Assembly: GCA_965637545.1 (NCBI GenBank)
Contig: OZ281499.1
Coordinates: 4,402,001 to 4,466,000, forward strand
Source: Phallusia mammillata
Lineage: Eukaryota
Reading direction: 5' to 3'
Length of the DNA stretch: 64,000 nucleotides
This document shows, in pieces, positions 12,265 to 25,706 of the stretch. Under the pieces are notes generated by a model, which saw nothing but the letters and a program-made list of their open reading frames with translations, did not search any database and was not told the DNA's origin. Position numbers and translations under genes: made by a program. How positions within the stretch are numbered: position 1 is the stretch's first letter; every line of letters begins with the position of its first letter.

Positions 12265-12619
12265 GATATTAGTTTGTAGTAATGTACAGTGTTTTTACAC
12301 CGAAGTTTTTTTCTATAATTTAGATTCATAGCCAATGAGCCCCCTTGTAACTGTATGCATACGCTTATATGTCACTAACTTACAGTAAAAATTATACAAA
12401 TGTGAATGTGTGTATGCGAATTAACGATACATTTGTACTGTAGATGTAACGCTTGTGTGGCAAATAAAGTATATTTTTAGATGATTAAAATTGGTATGTT
12501 GGGGGCAAAAGCGAAAGAAACCAAATTTGTAGGGAACCAATAGGTGAAAACGTAAAGTATTAGACCGTATATTTGAAAAAATAAAATCTCAAGTCGAGAT
12601 ATTCTCTTTTGGTTTCGTC

Positions 12620-14939
12620 TTTTACCGCATCGTAATTGTGGTAAAGCATTAGAAAATGAGTGAGCACCGATAATTTACAGCTAAAAATAGTTGATTGGAA
12701 AAGGTTTAATATTGCAAATATGATAATAGTGCACGGTTAGATTTCTACGAATAGCCAAAATCTGGTCGAAACTTAAAGCAATTTCCGTTTGAAAGTAAAT
12801 TGGTTGGTATAACATGCAAATGTTACACCACACATCACGTAAACAGTTTGTGTTTACTATTAACTCTTAAACAAACGGTAAATAGTCTTTCAGTCAAGTA
12901 GGATTACCGTTTAACACGAACTACTTAGAAACACTTTCAAACTTTTTTACGGGCAGGAGTATACACACTTACAGTTACCGCAATATCAGTTAATGAAAAC
13001 ATAAAACGCCACGAACATCACGTAGGCATAATTACACAAGATAAACTCTCTCATTTCTCTACCCTTAGACATTTCAAGGCCTCTTATCTCTAGTTCAGAT
13101 GGCAAAATGCGTTTGTTGTTCCTGTTACACAGACGATCGAATGTGATATTCCTGATTTCTTTTATCGAACCTAAAGCTTCACATATATAATCTTCTTTAC
13201 CTTGCAAAATGACCGCATATGTGAATTTCACAAACTCGACTTAAAAAACTTTATACCTGCACAGTAACCTGTCATAGTGGAGGCATTACCACATTCGACT
13301 CTTTGCAACACTTCTCCGCATCGCCCACGTTAATTACTTCAACCCTGGTTGCCCCTTCAGGCAGTTGTTACGCAGTGAGGTCTCCTGGAAGCAATTGTCC
13401 CAAAGGCTGATAACCCTAGTCATTCCTTGAGGGCTAAGCAGTTGTTGTGCAGTAGGCAGTCAGGTAAAAGATTGTCCTTTAGGCCTATAATCAAAGTGTA
13501 GAGCGTTACGATTCTTGGCTAGACCCCAGGAAAAGTTTTGTTTTATAACTTTACCATTCAGGCACACATATCTATTATCCATTGTTTACCATCGTAATTC
13601 TTAACCTTACAGTGCGCTATGTGAGATTACGGGTGGCTGCAGTCATTGAGCATTTGTCTACTTTTGGATCGGATCCGGTCCACGCAACTTGAGGCAAATC
13701 AAGTTTGATTATGAAGTCATGCCCAAATCAAACCCGTTTTCGATTCAATTCTTTTGATGCCACGTTTTCAAAAACGTGAAATTAACGAAAAGTAACTTCG
13801 AGACAGGTCAATAAAAGGATAAATTATCGACCACAACCCTGGGCTGTCACGCACGACTGTGGTGTCACGCATGACAAAATTGCTGACGTGTGGCGACATC
13901 AAGCAAAAATCATTTAGCTTAGTAGTTCCAATTTTCAACACTATTTCAATACACTCCCGTTCATCTAATAAAAACTTTCCGATGTGCACTTAACTGCAAT
14001 TCAAGTTAAGAGGGCATCAAAAATAGAGCCGTGTATTCAAGTTAGGAGGGCATTAAAAATAGTGACGTGCACTTAAACACCAAAGTATTAGTTTCAAAAT
14101 TAAATTTAAACAGATAAGACTTGAAGTAATAGCCAATTGCAAATACATTTCGGGCTATAAGTTGCCTAAAAACGAATTCTGTTTACCTCAGTAAACGTAC
14201 CGTGTGACTCGGTCTTTAACTGCGGTTACACGGAAATAGTTCTTGTTTACCAAAGCAAAACAATTTAACGAAGCGTAAAAGGCACGAGGCAACTGTAGAG
14301 CTGCTAGCTAGGCAAAAACACAGCAAGCGAAATTACCGTAGCAGCTGTGGAGAAGTAACTCATTCTGAATGTTTGGAACAAGCAGAGTCAGTTGAACAAA
14401 TTACAGTACTAAAATTTGAAAAAAAAAAAAAAAAAAGACAAAAGAGTTAAGTTTGTAGAATAAAGTTGTCGTTTCAAAATGTGATTGACATGTAAACCAT
14501 AAATAGATTCTGTAGGTAAAGCGCAGGTTTAAAAGATTGTCACGAGACATTTCAAGACGATCAAGAGAAAATTTAATCAAAAAAAGAAAAAAAATTGCAC
14601 ATTTTCAAATCAAAGAAGAAGGTTTTTTGCAATTGTCCAATAATACTAAATTGAGATCGGTAATCTTAACAAAAATAGCTTTTACCAGCTTAAGTAAGCT
14701 GAAATCTGTCAGCAATACAAAAAACACTGTTTTGTAAAGTAGTTGGCTTTTTAGTCCAACTCAGCATTGTCCCGTTTTAGCGGAGTATTCGTTAACCCAT
14801 CAACTGTAATTTAAAGTTGATGGTAAAAATAGTTCATCATTTGACAGCCTTAAATCTCACCAAACGTTTACATTTAAGGGTAGGTGAAATCCAAAAATTT
14901 GTAGAACATTACTTAACTAAACAACACTGACACGTAGAA
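12620..14939. repeat. ~2.3-kb spacer duplicated at ~19130-21451
   Basis: Long near-identical stretches (e.g. 12910-13620 vs 19430-20160). Both copies precede an 'EEVL'-type paralog. Confidence 0.85.
14444..14690 (+). pseudogene. Decayed 5' part of a family copy directly upstream of an EEVL-type gene
   Basis: GAGTTAAGTTTGTAGAATAAAGTTGTCGTTTCAAAATGTG...AAATTGAGATCGGTAATCTTAAC aligns to the family start with ATG lost. Repeated at ~20971, ~35645 and ~59085. Confidence 0.75.
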
Positions 14940-16050
14940 ATGAGTTTGTCATTTGAAGAAGTCCTTGGCTTGCTAAGCATCACTGTTGAAGTAGACGACA
15001 ACGATTTTCCAAACATTCAGGAGATGCTCAACTTTGAGGGACAATTTAGGCAGTTTCTGGAAGGAAAACTACAGCACTACCTAAAAAAAGGAAAATTTAT
15101 TGCAATTTCCAATTTTGAATATTACAAAATTGAAATTGGCCAGTTAAACGGAAAACAAATTCTTCGAATGTTGATATCACTCACAAACGACGAAGAGTTG
15201 ATGAAAGGTGGAAATTGTTTTGTGTGCTCTGTAAACGATGTCGCGGAACAAGCAATTATGGTATACTCAAAATATTCTATTGAACCAAAAGGTGCCGTTG
15301 CAGAAAAAGAAGAGGAACGAGGAAACTGGTCTAAGGCATTTGATGAAAAAACATGCATCAAACAACGCAGAAATCCAAAATATCGTGGTTTAGACAAACA
15401 AACAATCGAACAGTTTCGTTCCACTTTATCAGAGCAATACAACAGCTTTTTGTCAACAAAAATGGCAGATTTGCAACAACAATATCGTCGGTTGTTCTTT
15501 GGAGCGGTTTTCGAGATTGCTAAGTGTCACGTGAGGTATTGGGAAGTTTACAAACATTTAAAAAACTTTCCATCTGCATCTCTTATCAAATTGGCAATTG
15601 ATAACGGATACAGTGGAAAGTTGCAGGCTGTATTTAACGACCATGGTATCATGAACGGTTTGTTTAAAGAAATCAGCAAACAGCTTTGTGAAGAAGAAAC
15701 ACTATCTGTCTACCATGCTCGTAAAGATGAACTACGGAAAGAAGGAGCAAAGTTAATTATTGACAAGTAAGTTAGCTACCTTCTGTTGGAAAATGTCACC
15801 ATTAGTGAAATGCTAGCTATGCAAATCGAGTATAACAGCATAAAAGCAACTGGCACACACATTAGGTGCAAAAATGGCGTTAGAATGTAGCATTTTTTAT
15901 TTTTTTTCATATTACCAACATGAGACATATTGTTTGCGCAAACGCAAATTGTTTTCTCATTTTAGAATTTTCCCACCAACTGTTGAAGGAAAGTACGATA
16001 AAAGTGAAATCACGAAAGTTGCTGATGAGATGAAATCATTTTACTTGTGA
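14940..16050 (+). CDS. Array family paralog 5, ~303 aa; 'EEVL' N-type, module D
   Basis: Exon 14940-15766, 199-nt intron, exon 15966-16050 (K-IFPPTVEGKYDKSEITKVADEMKSFYL*). Confidence 0.92.
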
Positions 16051-17259
16051 AAACGTTTGAATGTCAAGACGCTCGAGAACATACTATGATCTTTTTGGAT
16101 TCGTTTTATTCCTAAATGTGTAAATCTGTAAATAAATAATGTATATAGCGGTTGTTAATCTATTGGCGTCAAGCAAGTTGCAATTGTCCAGAATTTCGAC
16201 GTAAAATGTGTGTTGAGTATTAATCCTAAACTGGAAACATGTTACGCAATATTTAGTTGCAAAGGCAGCAAGAACAGATTTGTTTAACGTTAACTTACGA
16301 TTTTACCCTCCAATGGTTTTATTGGATCAAAAGTGATATATTTTTAAAACTGATATGCAACTTTGAGAAAAAGCAATTCAAACAAACTATAATCGTTAAG
16401 AATTTAGTTTACATTGTGTGGAATACGAGACGAAATAAATCAGAACAGCAAGGGATTCCCCCTTAACGTGAGAAAGATTTTCTCGCGTTTCGTCGTTCAA
16501 GCATCGATGTGACGTCACGCTTACCAGATGCACTGCTGTAGCGACACCTAGCGACAAAAAAGCAACTTAAGGTTTTAAGATTGATGTAAGGTAGTGTGTC
16601 GATTGTTGTGCATTACCCCATACACCTACCCTTTACCACATTGGCTCTCTAAATTTTAAAGGAATCGTACCATGTGTAGACTAAGCCATTGTAAAGCGTT
16701 ACTTACTGAGTTTTATCTTGTAGCCCTACCTGTTATCCCGTTAACATCATAAAGTAGAATAAACATTTAAGAATGTCTTATTGATTGAGATTTGCGCCCC
16801 TTAGAGCTTGTATATTTAAGCAGAATATTGATCACCTTGTTTCACTTCACATCGCAATTCCTATGGTAAATGCTAAAACTTTTTATAATAAGCCATAGTG
16901 TACGACTGTACGTTCAATTGCAATATATTCTAAGCAACCTTTCTAGTTATTTTGTTAATCATTACGCAAGTGTGACGACCGCGTGACATTGGTGACCTGT
17001 GTCACTAGTTCCTGTGAAGTGAAACTAAAGTTATCACTTGTTTGATTGTTACCTGTGTTACAACAGTCGTAAAAGCGATCATTTCAGCGTGATCCATGTT
17101 GACAATACGCCGCAACACGATCGGTATTTGTGCGAAATTACCGTAGCAGAGAAGTATCTCATTGTTTGTGTTTGGCACAAGCAGAGTCAGTTAACTAAAT
17201 TCGAACTCTAAGAACAGTACCAAAATTTTAAAAACAGACGAAAGAGTTAAGTTTGCAGA

Positions 17260-18246
17260 ATGATTTTGTCGTTTGAAAACGTGCTTGATTTGTTAAACAT
17301 AGCCATTACAGTTGGTGATCAAGATTCTATAGATCCACAATTATTTTTCGAATTTCAAGGAGATTTTCGGGACTACCTTGAGAGAAGAATTCCGTACTTA
17401 CGAAGCAAGGGAAGAACATTTTTATTTGAAAGCTTTTGTCATCACAAAATTGAGATTGGTGATCTCAACGGAAAACAAGTTCTTCGAATGTTGATATCAC
17501 TCACAAACCACAAAGAGTTGATAAAAGATGGAAATTGCTTCGTGTTTCTAGTCAACAACGAACCAAATACCTCACTGACTCTGTTGTATGAATATTCGTT
17601 TGAAACTCAAAGTGCTGCATCTGTAAATGAGAGAGGCAATTGGGCGAGGGCTTTCGATGACAAAACTTGCGTTAAACGTCAAAACAATCCAGAAAGGTAC
17701 CTTGGATTAGATCCACAAACGATGCACAAATTTCGCTCCTCATTATGTCAGCAATATGAGATATACATGCAACAGAGGATGGCCAACCTGCAGCATAATT
17801 ATCGTCGATTATTTTTCGGAGTTTTGTTTGAAATTGCAAAGTGTCACGTCAAACATTGGAGACTTCACAAACATTTAAAAAACTTTCCAACGGCTTCTCT
17901 TATCAAATTAGCACTTGATAATGGATGCAGTGGAAAGTTGCAAGCTGTTTTCAACAACCACAATTTGGATACTTCATCCATTATGAGACAAACAAGGAAT
18001 AGAGAAGAACAAATTGCGAAAGTCCACCAGGAAAAAGCCAGACTACGTTTGGAGGGAGCAAAGGTCATCATTGACAAGTGAGTTAAAGAATTTAAGACAC
18101 ACAATAAGTGAAACAAATTACATTGAGTTTGGTTTGTCTAAACTCTTCTTGTTTATCACAGGATTTTTCCACCGAATGCTCAAGGAAAATATGATAATGA
18201 AAACGTGAGACAAGTTGCTGATGAGATAAAGAAATTTTATGAATGA
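17260..18246 (+). CDS. Array family paralog 6, ~300 aa; module C
   Basis: Exon 17260-18077, 84-nt intron, exon 18162-18246. Confidence 0.92.
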
Positions 18247-18857
18247 GATATTAAATACCGTGTGAACATTTTGTCTGTTCATGATTACGCTGCACTTAAA
18301 TTATTTTTGTATTTCCGCTTCATAGGTAATGAATAATCTTGTTATTATGTAATTTTAGAAATGTTGGTTGTGAATTCGCATGTAAATGTGTGTATAAATG
18401 ACATTTCGTTACATTTGTATTGTAGATAAATGTAATGCTTCTGTGGAAAATAAAGCATATTTTGGTTGATTAAAATGACTATAATAAAGACAAAAGCAAA
18501 ACGTTGCAGCAGTTTCAGATCAAATACTTTCACAAATATTATCTCATGTCGAAAATTACTCTTAACTTCACATAAAAGGGAATTCCCCATCAGTGTAAAT
18601 AAAGTTTTCATGTGGTGTGCTTGTCACGCTCTGTTATTGCGTCACACACAACAAAATCACTGATGTGTATCGACACCAAGCGATACTTAATCACTTTGTG
18701 TTTTAAATTCAAAACAAACTTATTTCAATAACTTATAGACCGTAAGTGTGTTTTCCATAATGTTTTCGGGTAAGTAATTAGCTTTATAGAATAGATCAGT
18801 GCTACTCAAACTGTGGAACACGTACCGGCAGAAATTAGTTGATGTTTTTCCGTCATA

Positions 18858-18940
18858 AGAGTTTACCATCCCACGCTGAAGAAAAATACAATGGTGAAAA
18901 TATGAGACGAGTTGTTAACGAGATGAAATAACTCTACAAA
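18858..18940 (+). pseudogene. Degenerate orphan last exon
   Basis: Reads LPSHAEEKYNGENMRRVVNEMK*, homologous to the family last exon. Sister copy at ~52083-52170. Confidence 0.65.
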
Positions 18941-19086
18941 AAAGTCACAATGTTACGCCCCTTAAAAGTTTAATTAAAAACAGAAATAGCTTATCCGAAA
19001 AACGAAAAAAAGCAAATGTAAATCAACGTATTCGATTTAAACATCAGCTACTGCATCTCAATGCACGCTTTTGTACAACATTATAC

Positions 19087-20140
19087 CTCTCATATTTGTC
19101 ACGACGCCGCACTATACACATGGTTCCGTCTTTTTCCGCATCGTAATTGTGGAAATGTAAAGCATCAAAAATGCGTGACAATTTACAGCTGAAAAATTTT
19201 TGATTGGAAAAGTTTAGTGTTGCAAATATGATATTAATGCACGGTTAGGTTCCTACGAATAGCGAGATATGATCGAAATTTGCAACGCGGTTTCCGTTTG
19301 AAAGGAAATTGGTGGGTATAACATGCAAATGTTACACCACACATTACATAAACAGTTCGTTTTTACTATTAGATCTTGAAAAAACGGTAAATAGTATTTC
19401 AGTCAAGTAGGATTACCGTATGCAACGATATAACACGAAATACTTAGAAACACTTTCAAACTTTTTTACGGGCAGGAGTATACACACTTACAGTTACCGC
19501 AATATCAGTTAATGAAAACATAAAACGCCATGAACATCAAGTAGGCATAATTAGACGAGATAAACTCTCTCATTTCTCTACTCTTAGAAATTTAAGGCCT
19601 CTTACCTCTATTTCAGATGGTAAAGTGCGTTTGTTGTTCCTGTTACACACACGATCGAATGTGATATTCCTGATTTCTTTTATCGAACCTAAAGCTTTAC
19701 TAATATAATCTTCTTTACCTTGCAAAATGACCGCATATGTGAATTTCACAAACTCGACTTAAAAAACTTTATACCTGCACAGTAACCTGTCATAGTGGAG
19801 GCATTACCACATTCGACTCTTTGCAACACTTCTCCGCATCGCCCACGTTAATTACTTCAACCCTGGTTGTCCCTTCAGGCAGTTGTTACGCAGTGAGGTC
19901 TCCTGGAAGCAATTGCCCCAAAAGCTGATAACCCAAGTCATTCCTTAAGGGTTGTTGTGTAGTAGGCAATCAGGAAAGAGATTATCCTTTAGGCCTATAA
20001 TCAAAGTGTAGAGCGTTACAATTCTTGGCTAGGCCCCAGGAAAAGTTTTGTTTTATAACTTTACCATTCAGGCACAAATATCTATTATCCAGTGTTTACC
20101 ATCGTAATTCTTAGCCTTACATTGCGCTATGTGAGATTAC
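19087..20140 (-). pseudogene. Relic exons of an unrelated minus-strand gene
   Basis: Minus-strand 19757-19606: AG|...EFVKFTYAVILQGKEDYISKALGSIKEIRNITFDRVCNRNNKRTLPSEIE|GTAAGA. Minus-strand 19188-19087: CAG|...CKLSRIFDALHFHNYDAEKDGTMCIVRRRDKYER|GTATAA. Homologous copies at ~12620-13620 and ~52430-54410 differ partly by synonymous changes. Confidence 0.55.
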
Positions 20141-21451
20141 AGGTGGCTGCAGTCATTAAGCATTTGTCTACTTTTGGATCGGATCCGGTTTAAGTCCACG
20201 CAACTTGCGGCAAAATCAAGGTGAGTATGAAGTCAGGCCCAAATCAAACCCGTTTTCAATTCAATTCTTTTGATGCCACGCTTTCAAAAACGTGAAATTA
20301 ACGAAAAGTAACTTCGAGACAGGTCAATAAAAGGTTAAATTATCGACCACAACTCTGGGTTGTCACGCACGACTGTGGCGTCACGCATGACTAAGTTGTT
20401 GACGTGTGGCAACATCAAGCAAAAATCAATTAGCTTAGTAGTTCCAATTTTCAACACTATTTCAATACATTCCCGTTCATCTAATAAAAACATCTTTCCG
20501 ATGTGCACTTAACTGCAATTCAAGTTAAGAGGGCATGAAAAATAGAGTAGTGTATTCAGGTTAGGAGGCTATTAAAAGTAGTGACGTGCACTTAAACACC
20601 AATATATTAGTTTCAAAATTAAATTTAAACAGATAAGACTTGAAGTAATAGCCCATTGCAAATACATTTCGGGCTATAGGTTGCCTAAAAATGAATTCTG
20701 TTTACCTCAGTAAACGTACCGTCGGACTCGGTCTTTAACTGCGGTTACCCGAAAATAGTTCTTGTTTACCAAAGCAAAACAATTTAACGAAGCGTAAAAG
20801 GCACGAGGCAACTGTAGAGCTGCTAGCTAGGCAACAAACCAGCAAGCGAAATTACCGTAGCGGCTGTGGAGAAGTAACTCATTCTGAATGTTTGGAACAA
20901 GCAGAGTCAGTTGAACAAAGTACAGTACCAAAATTTGAAGAAAAAAACAAAGAGTTAAAAAAAAGACAAAAGAGTTAAGTTTGTAGAATAAAGTTGTCGT
21001 TTCAAAATGTGATTGACATGTAAAGCATAAATATTGATAATCAAGATTCTGTAGGTTAAGCGCAGGTTTAATGGAATGTCACGAGACATTTCAAGACGAC
21101 CAAGAGAAAATTTGCACATTTTCAAATCAAAGAAGGTTTTTTTGCAATTGTCCAATATTACGAAATTGATATTGGTACTCTTAACAAAAATAGCTTTTAC
21201 CAGCTTAAGTAAGCTGAAATCTGTCAGCAATAAAAAAGCACTGTTTTGAAAAGTGGTTGGCTTTTCAATCCAACCCAGGATTGTCGCGTTTTGGGATATT
21301 GATTAACCTAGCATCAAATGTAACTTGAAGTTTATAGTCAAAATAGTTCATTATTTGACAGCCTTAAATCACACCAAACGTTTAAGTTTAGGGTTAAGTG
21401 AAATCCAAAAATTTATAGACATTACTAATCAAACCACACTGACACGTAAAA

Positions 21452-22566
21452 ATGAGTTTGTCATTTGAAGAAGTCCTTGACCTGCTAAGCATCACTGTTG
21501 AAGTAGACGACAACGATTTTCCGAAAATTCAGGAGATGCCCAACTTTGAGGGACAATTTAGGCAGTTTCTGGAAGGAAAACTACAGCATTACCTAAAAAA
21601 AGGAAAAGTGACAAAACTTTCCAATTTTGAATATTACAAAATTGAAATTGGCGAGTTAAACGGAAAACAAATTCTTCGAATGTTGATATCACTAACAAAC
21701 AACGAGGAGTTGATGAAAGACGGAAATTGTTTCGTGTGCTGTGTAAACGATGTCGGAGAAAATTCAGTTGTTGTATTTTCAAAAAATTGTATTGAATCAA
21801 GAGGTGCCGTTGCAGAGAACGAAGAGGAACGAGGAAACTGGTCTAAGGCATTTGATGAAAAAACATGCATCCTACAACGCAGAAATCCAAGATATCTTGG
21901 TTTAGACAAACAAACAATCAAAAAGTTTTGTTCCACTTTATCAGAGCAATACAACAGCTTTTTGTCAACAAAAATGGCAGATTTGCAACCACAATATCGT
22001 CGGTTGTTTTTCGGAATTGTGTTGGAAATTGCCAAGTGCCATATCAGACATTGGGATGCTTACAAACATTTAAAAACCCTTCCAACTGCTTCTCTTATCA
22101 AGTTGGCAATTGATAATGGATGTAGTGGAAAGCTGCAGGCTGTTTTTAACGAACATGATATCATGAAAGGTTTGTTTAAAGAAATCAATCCACAGCTTTG
22201 TAGAGAAGAAAGACTTTCCCTCTATTACGCTCGTAAAGATGAACTACGAAAAGAAGGAGCACAGTTAATTATTGACAAGTAAGTTTGTTACCTTCTGTTG
22301 GAAAATGTAACCATTTAGTAAAATGCTAGCTATGCAAATCGGGGGTAACGGCACAAAGGCAATGGCGCACACGTTAAGTGCAAAAATGGCTTTAAAGCGT
22401 ACCTTCTTTCATTGTTGTTTGATATATTGCCACAATGAGACACATTGTTTTCGAAGACGCAAATTCCCTTTCTCGTTTCAGAATTTTCCCACCAACTGCT
22501 GAAGGAAAGTACGATAAAAGTAAAGTAACGAAAATTGCTGATCAGATGAAATCATTTTACTTGTAG
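21452..22566 (+). CDS. Array family paralog 7, ~303 aa; EEVL N-type, module D
   Basis: Exon 21452-22278, 203-nt intron, exon 22482-22566. Confidence 0.92.
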
Positions 22567-24606
22567 AAACTTTTGCAAAAATGTCAAGATGCCCAAGAAC
22601 GTATAATGATCTTTATCGAATCATTTTGTTCCTAAATGTGTAAATCTGTAAATAAATAATGTATAGTGATTGTCATTCGTTTGGTGTCATTGCAATACAA
22701 TTGACCGAAAGTTAAATGTTAGCGCAATGATATTTTTATGTGTTTTTTGACACGCACCGATGTGATTTTATGCGTACCAAAACCATTGCTCTGCAGCGAC
22801 ATCAAGTGACCTTCGACAAAAGTTAAGACAATTTTTGCGAAAATGTGACGTAAAGCGTTTGCCTTCGAATCTGACATTCGAGATCCTGTAAAACGAAATG
22901 CCATTTGAAAAATCTAGCAGTGGAACCAGCAGCATTTGAACCTACAAAGACACAAAAGATTTTACTGCGTGAATACCTCTGCTTGAAAAGGGTTATCGAA
23001 AATCCGTTAAGGAAGCTTCGAAAATGCTGTCATCGTAAATTACTTCAATTAGTCAGCAAACAAACAGTTAAAGTATAAATTTATGTCATGTTTGCTTTTC
23101 GGTGTCGTGATTGCGAAACATCAAAGCTTTTTACCTGGTTTGGGTATTTACTCCGTGTAATGTTGTAAATCAAACCCATAAATCAAAAGGCCCTATAAGC
23201 AATTTAGTGTATTTACAACTCCCAGCAAGCTAAAGAAATAACTACAGCTTTCCCGATAGTAAAATATGTCATTGCAAAGCGTCAGTAACTGGATTTTCTC
23301 TTGTAGCGTTATGTTGCATTTAAAATTGGCTGATAAATTTTGTCTCTGTGTGTGTAAATTATAATGTATAATCTTTCCAATTTTGCAACCAATATGATAT
23401 TTTATAACATATCCTCTGCACCTAATTTAAGTCGTATTTTGCGAAACAATGCGAAACGGTCATCAAGGCTTTTGAGTGAGGGGCAAAGGTCACATGATAA
23501 ATAATTGTTATTCGATAAGCGAAATCAAATCCAACCAATATGACGTCACACTTACGAGACGCTTTATTCTGTTGCGCCACCAAGCGACACAAAATCAACT
23601 TAGATCATAACCGTTCAAATAGGGGTAGACCGCGAGACTTTAATTCCAATCTACTTGTGCCATTAAGTTCTGTGTGAAGCGAAAAAAATGTTGCCGATAT
23701 GATTGTCACTTTTGTTGCACAAAATAAATCATTTTCAGCATGACTAAAGTTAACAATGTGTCGCTATAAAATGGTGTTTGTGCCCCACGACCAACTAAGC
23801 CACACTGTCAGTATTTGAGACAAGACAGTTACGGTATGCGGTTATGTGCTTAACTTCACCACCTGTGGACAAGAAACTCATTGTAAATGTGAGGTTGAAA
23901 AAACTCGAACTCTAAATTAAATTGCTTTAATCTTAACTTTGCTTATTTCGAAAAAACTAAATAGGCTACTACCGCTTAAAACAGGTTTTTAAACATGTCT
24001 TAAGAAAGTTTTTGAAATGCAGACATCGTAAATTATCTCCTTTGTCAGCAAACAAAACCGCTGAAGTTTAAATTAATTTGATGTTTGCTATCCAATGTCC
24101 GATTTCGTGACTGTTATTTAGATATTTACCCAGTGTCATGCTGATAAAGGATAATTTGGAAACAAACAAATTAAGTTCGAAAAAGGCCTCCAAGCATACT
24201 ATCGCAAGTTTTTCCACCCTGCAAACTAGAAAGAAGGTTAAAGATTACGTAGTCTCTTAATTGCAATACAGGCACCACATTTATTTTGTTACAATGATAT
24301 TAGTCAGTTTGTAACTGAAGTGAGTAAACGTTTAGCATAACTTTGTTCACACATTTTTGTCGTAGAAGAATTGGTTTGGGTTTATAAAACCACATTTATT
24401 CGATTACCTGTGTTTGTTCGTAACACGTGATTATTGAATTACAAACGGAATACATCAGTTACTTTGTTGGTTTGTGTGCTTAACCCTACCACCTGTGGGT
24501 GAGCTCCTCATTGTAAATGTGAGAAGCCACCAAACTCAGTTGAATAAGTTCAAAGTCTAAATACAGCATCAAATTTCGAAAACAGACAAAGAGTTAAGTT
24601 TGCAGA
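22520..24606. repeat. ~2-kb spacer present three times (also ~48650-50415 and ~60830-62851)
   Basis: Near-identical sequence; each copy precedes an LMN-type paralog. The distal part is also seen at ~10260-11039. Confidence 0.88.
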
Positions 24607-25706
24607 ATGAGTTTGTTGTTTGAAAACGTGCTTGATTCGATGAACATAACCCTTAAAGTTGGTGATCGAGATTCTGTACCTCCAAAGAGGTTTTCCGATT
24701 TTCAAGGAGCTTTTCGGGACGACATGGAATCAAGAATTCCACGCTTTGCAAATCAAGGACAAATGTTTGCTTTTAATCATCTACAGTTTTACAAAATTGA
24801 GATTGGTGATCTCAACGGAAAACAAGTTCTTCGAATGTTGATATCACTCACCAACAACGAAGGGTTAATGAAACCTGGAAATTGTTTCCTGTTTCTTGTC
24901 AACAACAAACCAGATAATTCACTGACTGTGCTGCAAAGTTATTGGTTCGAAGCACGAGGTGTTTCGGCTGAATCTGGAGAAGAAAGAGGTTTGTTTGCAA
25001 GAGCGTTTGATGACAAAACGTGTTTCAAGCGTCAAAGAAAGCTGACTGTGTCGGCTACGATTCACAAACACTTGGAAAATTTCGCTCCACATTATCTGAG
25101 CAATATGAGATATACATGAAACAGAAGATGGCCAGTTTGGAACCAAAAGATCGTCGATTGTGTTGGGGAGTTGTGTTCGAGATTGCAAAGTGTCACGTGA
25201 GACATTGGAAAGTTCACACACATTTAAAAAACTTTCCAACAGCCTCCCTTATGAAACTGGCAATTGACAATGAATTAAGTGGAAAGTTGCAGGCTGTTTT
25301 TAACGAACATAATATCACAAAAGATGTGTTTAAAGAAATCAGTCCACGGCTTAGTGAGGAAGAAAGAGTTTCTGCCTACCATGCTCGTAAAGATGAACTA
25401 CGAAAAGAAGGAGCAAAGTTAATTATTGACAAGTATGTATGCACCTTTATACTGGAAAATGTCGCCATTAGCCTAGTGAAGTGCAAATCCGGTGTAACAG
25501 CATCAAAGCAACTGGCACACAAGCTATGTGCATAAATGGCGCTAAAATGTAGCATTATTTCCCGTTTTTTATATACTACCAACATGGGACATCTTGAACT
25601 CAAATTTGCTTCTCATTTCAGAATTTTCTCACCAACTGCTGAAGGAAAGTACGATAAAAGTGAAGTAACAAAAGTTGCTGATGAGATGAAATCATTTTAC
25701 TTGTAA
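24607..25706 (+). pseudogene. Paralog 8, 1-nt frameshift at ~25035; chimeric (LMN N-type, module D)
   Basis: CAAAG instead of CAAAAG splits ORFs 24607-25119 and 25020-25535. Donor at 25433 (GTATGT), last exon 25622-25706. Confidence 0.85.

Noticed and set aside
14000-14071. Two 36-bp tandem units (also ~20519-20590)
   Set aside because: Only two imperfect units in a duplicated spacer, with no evidence of function.
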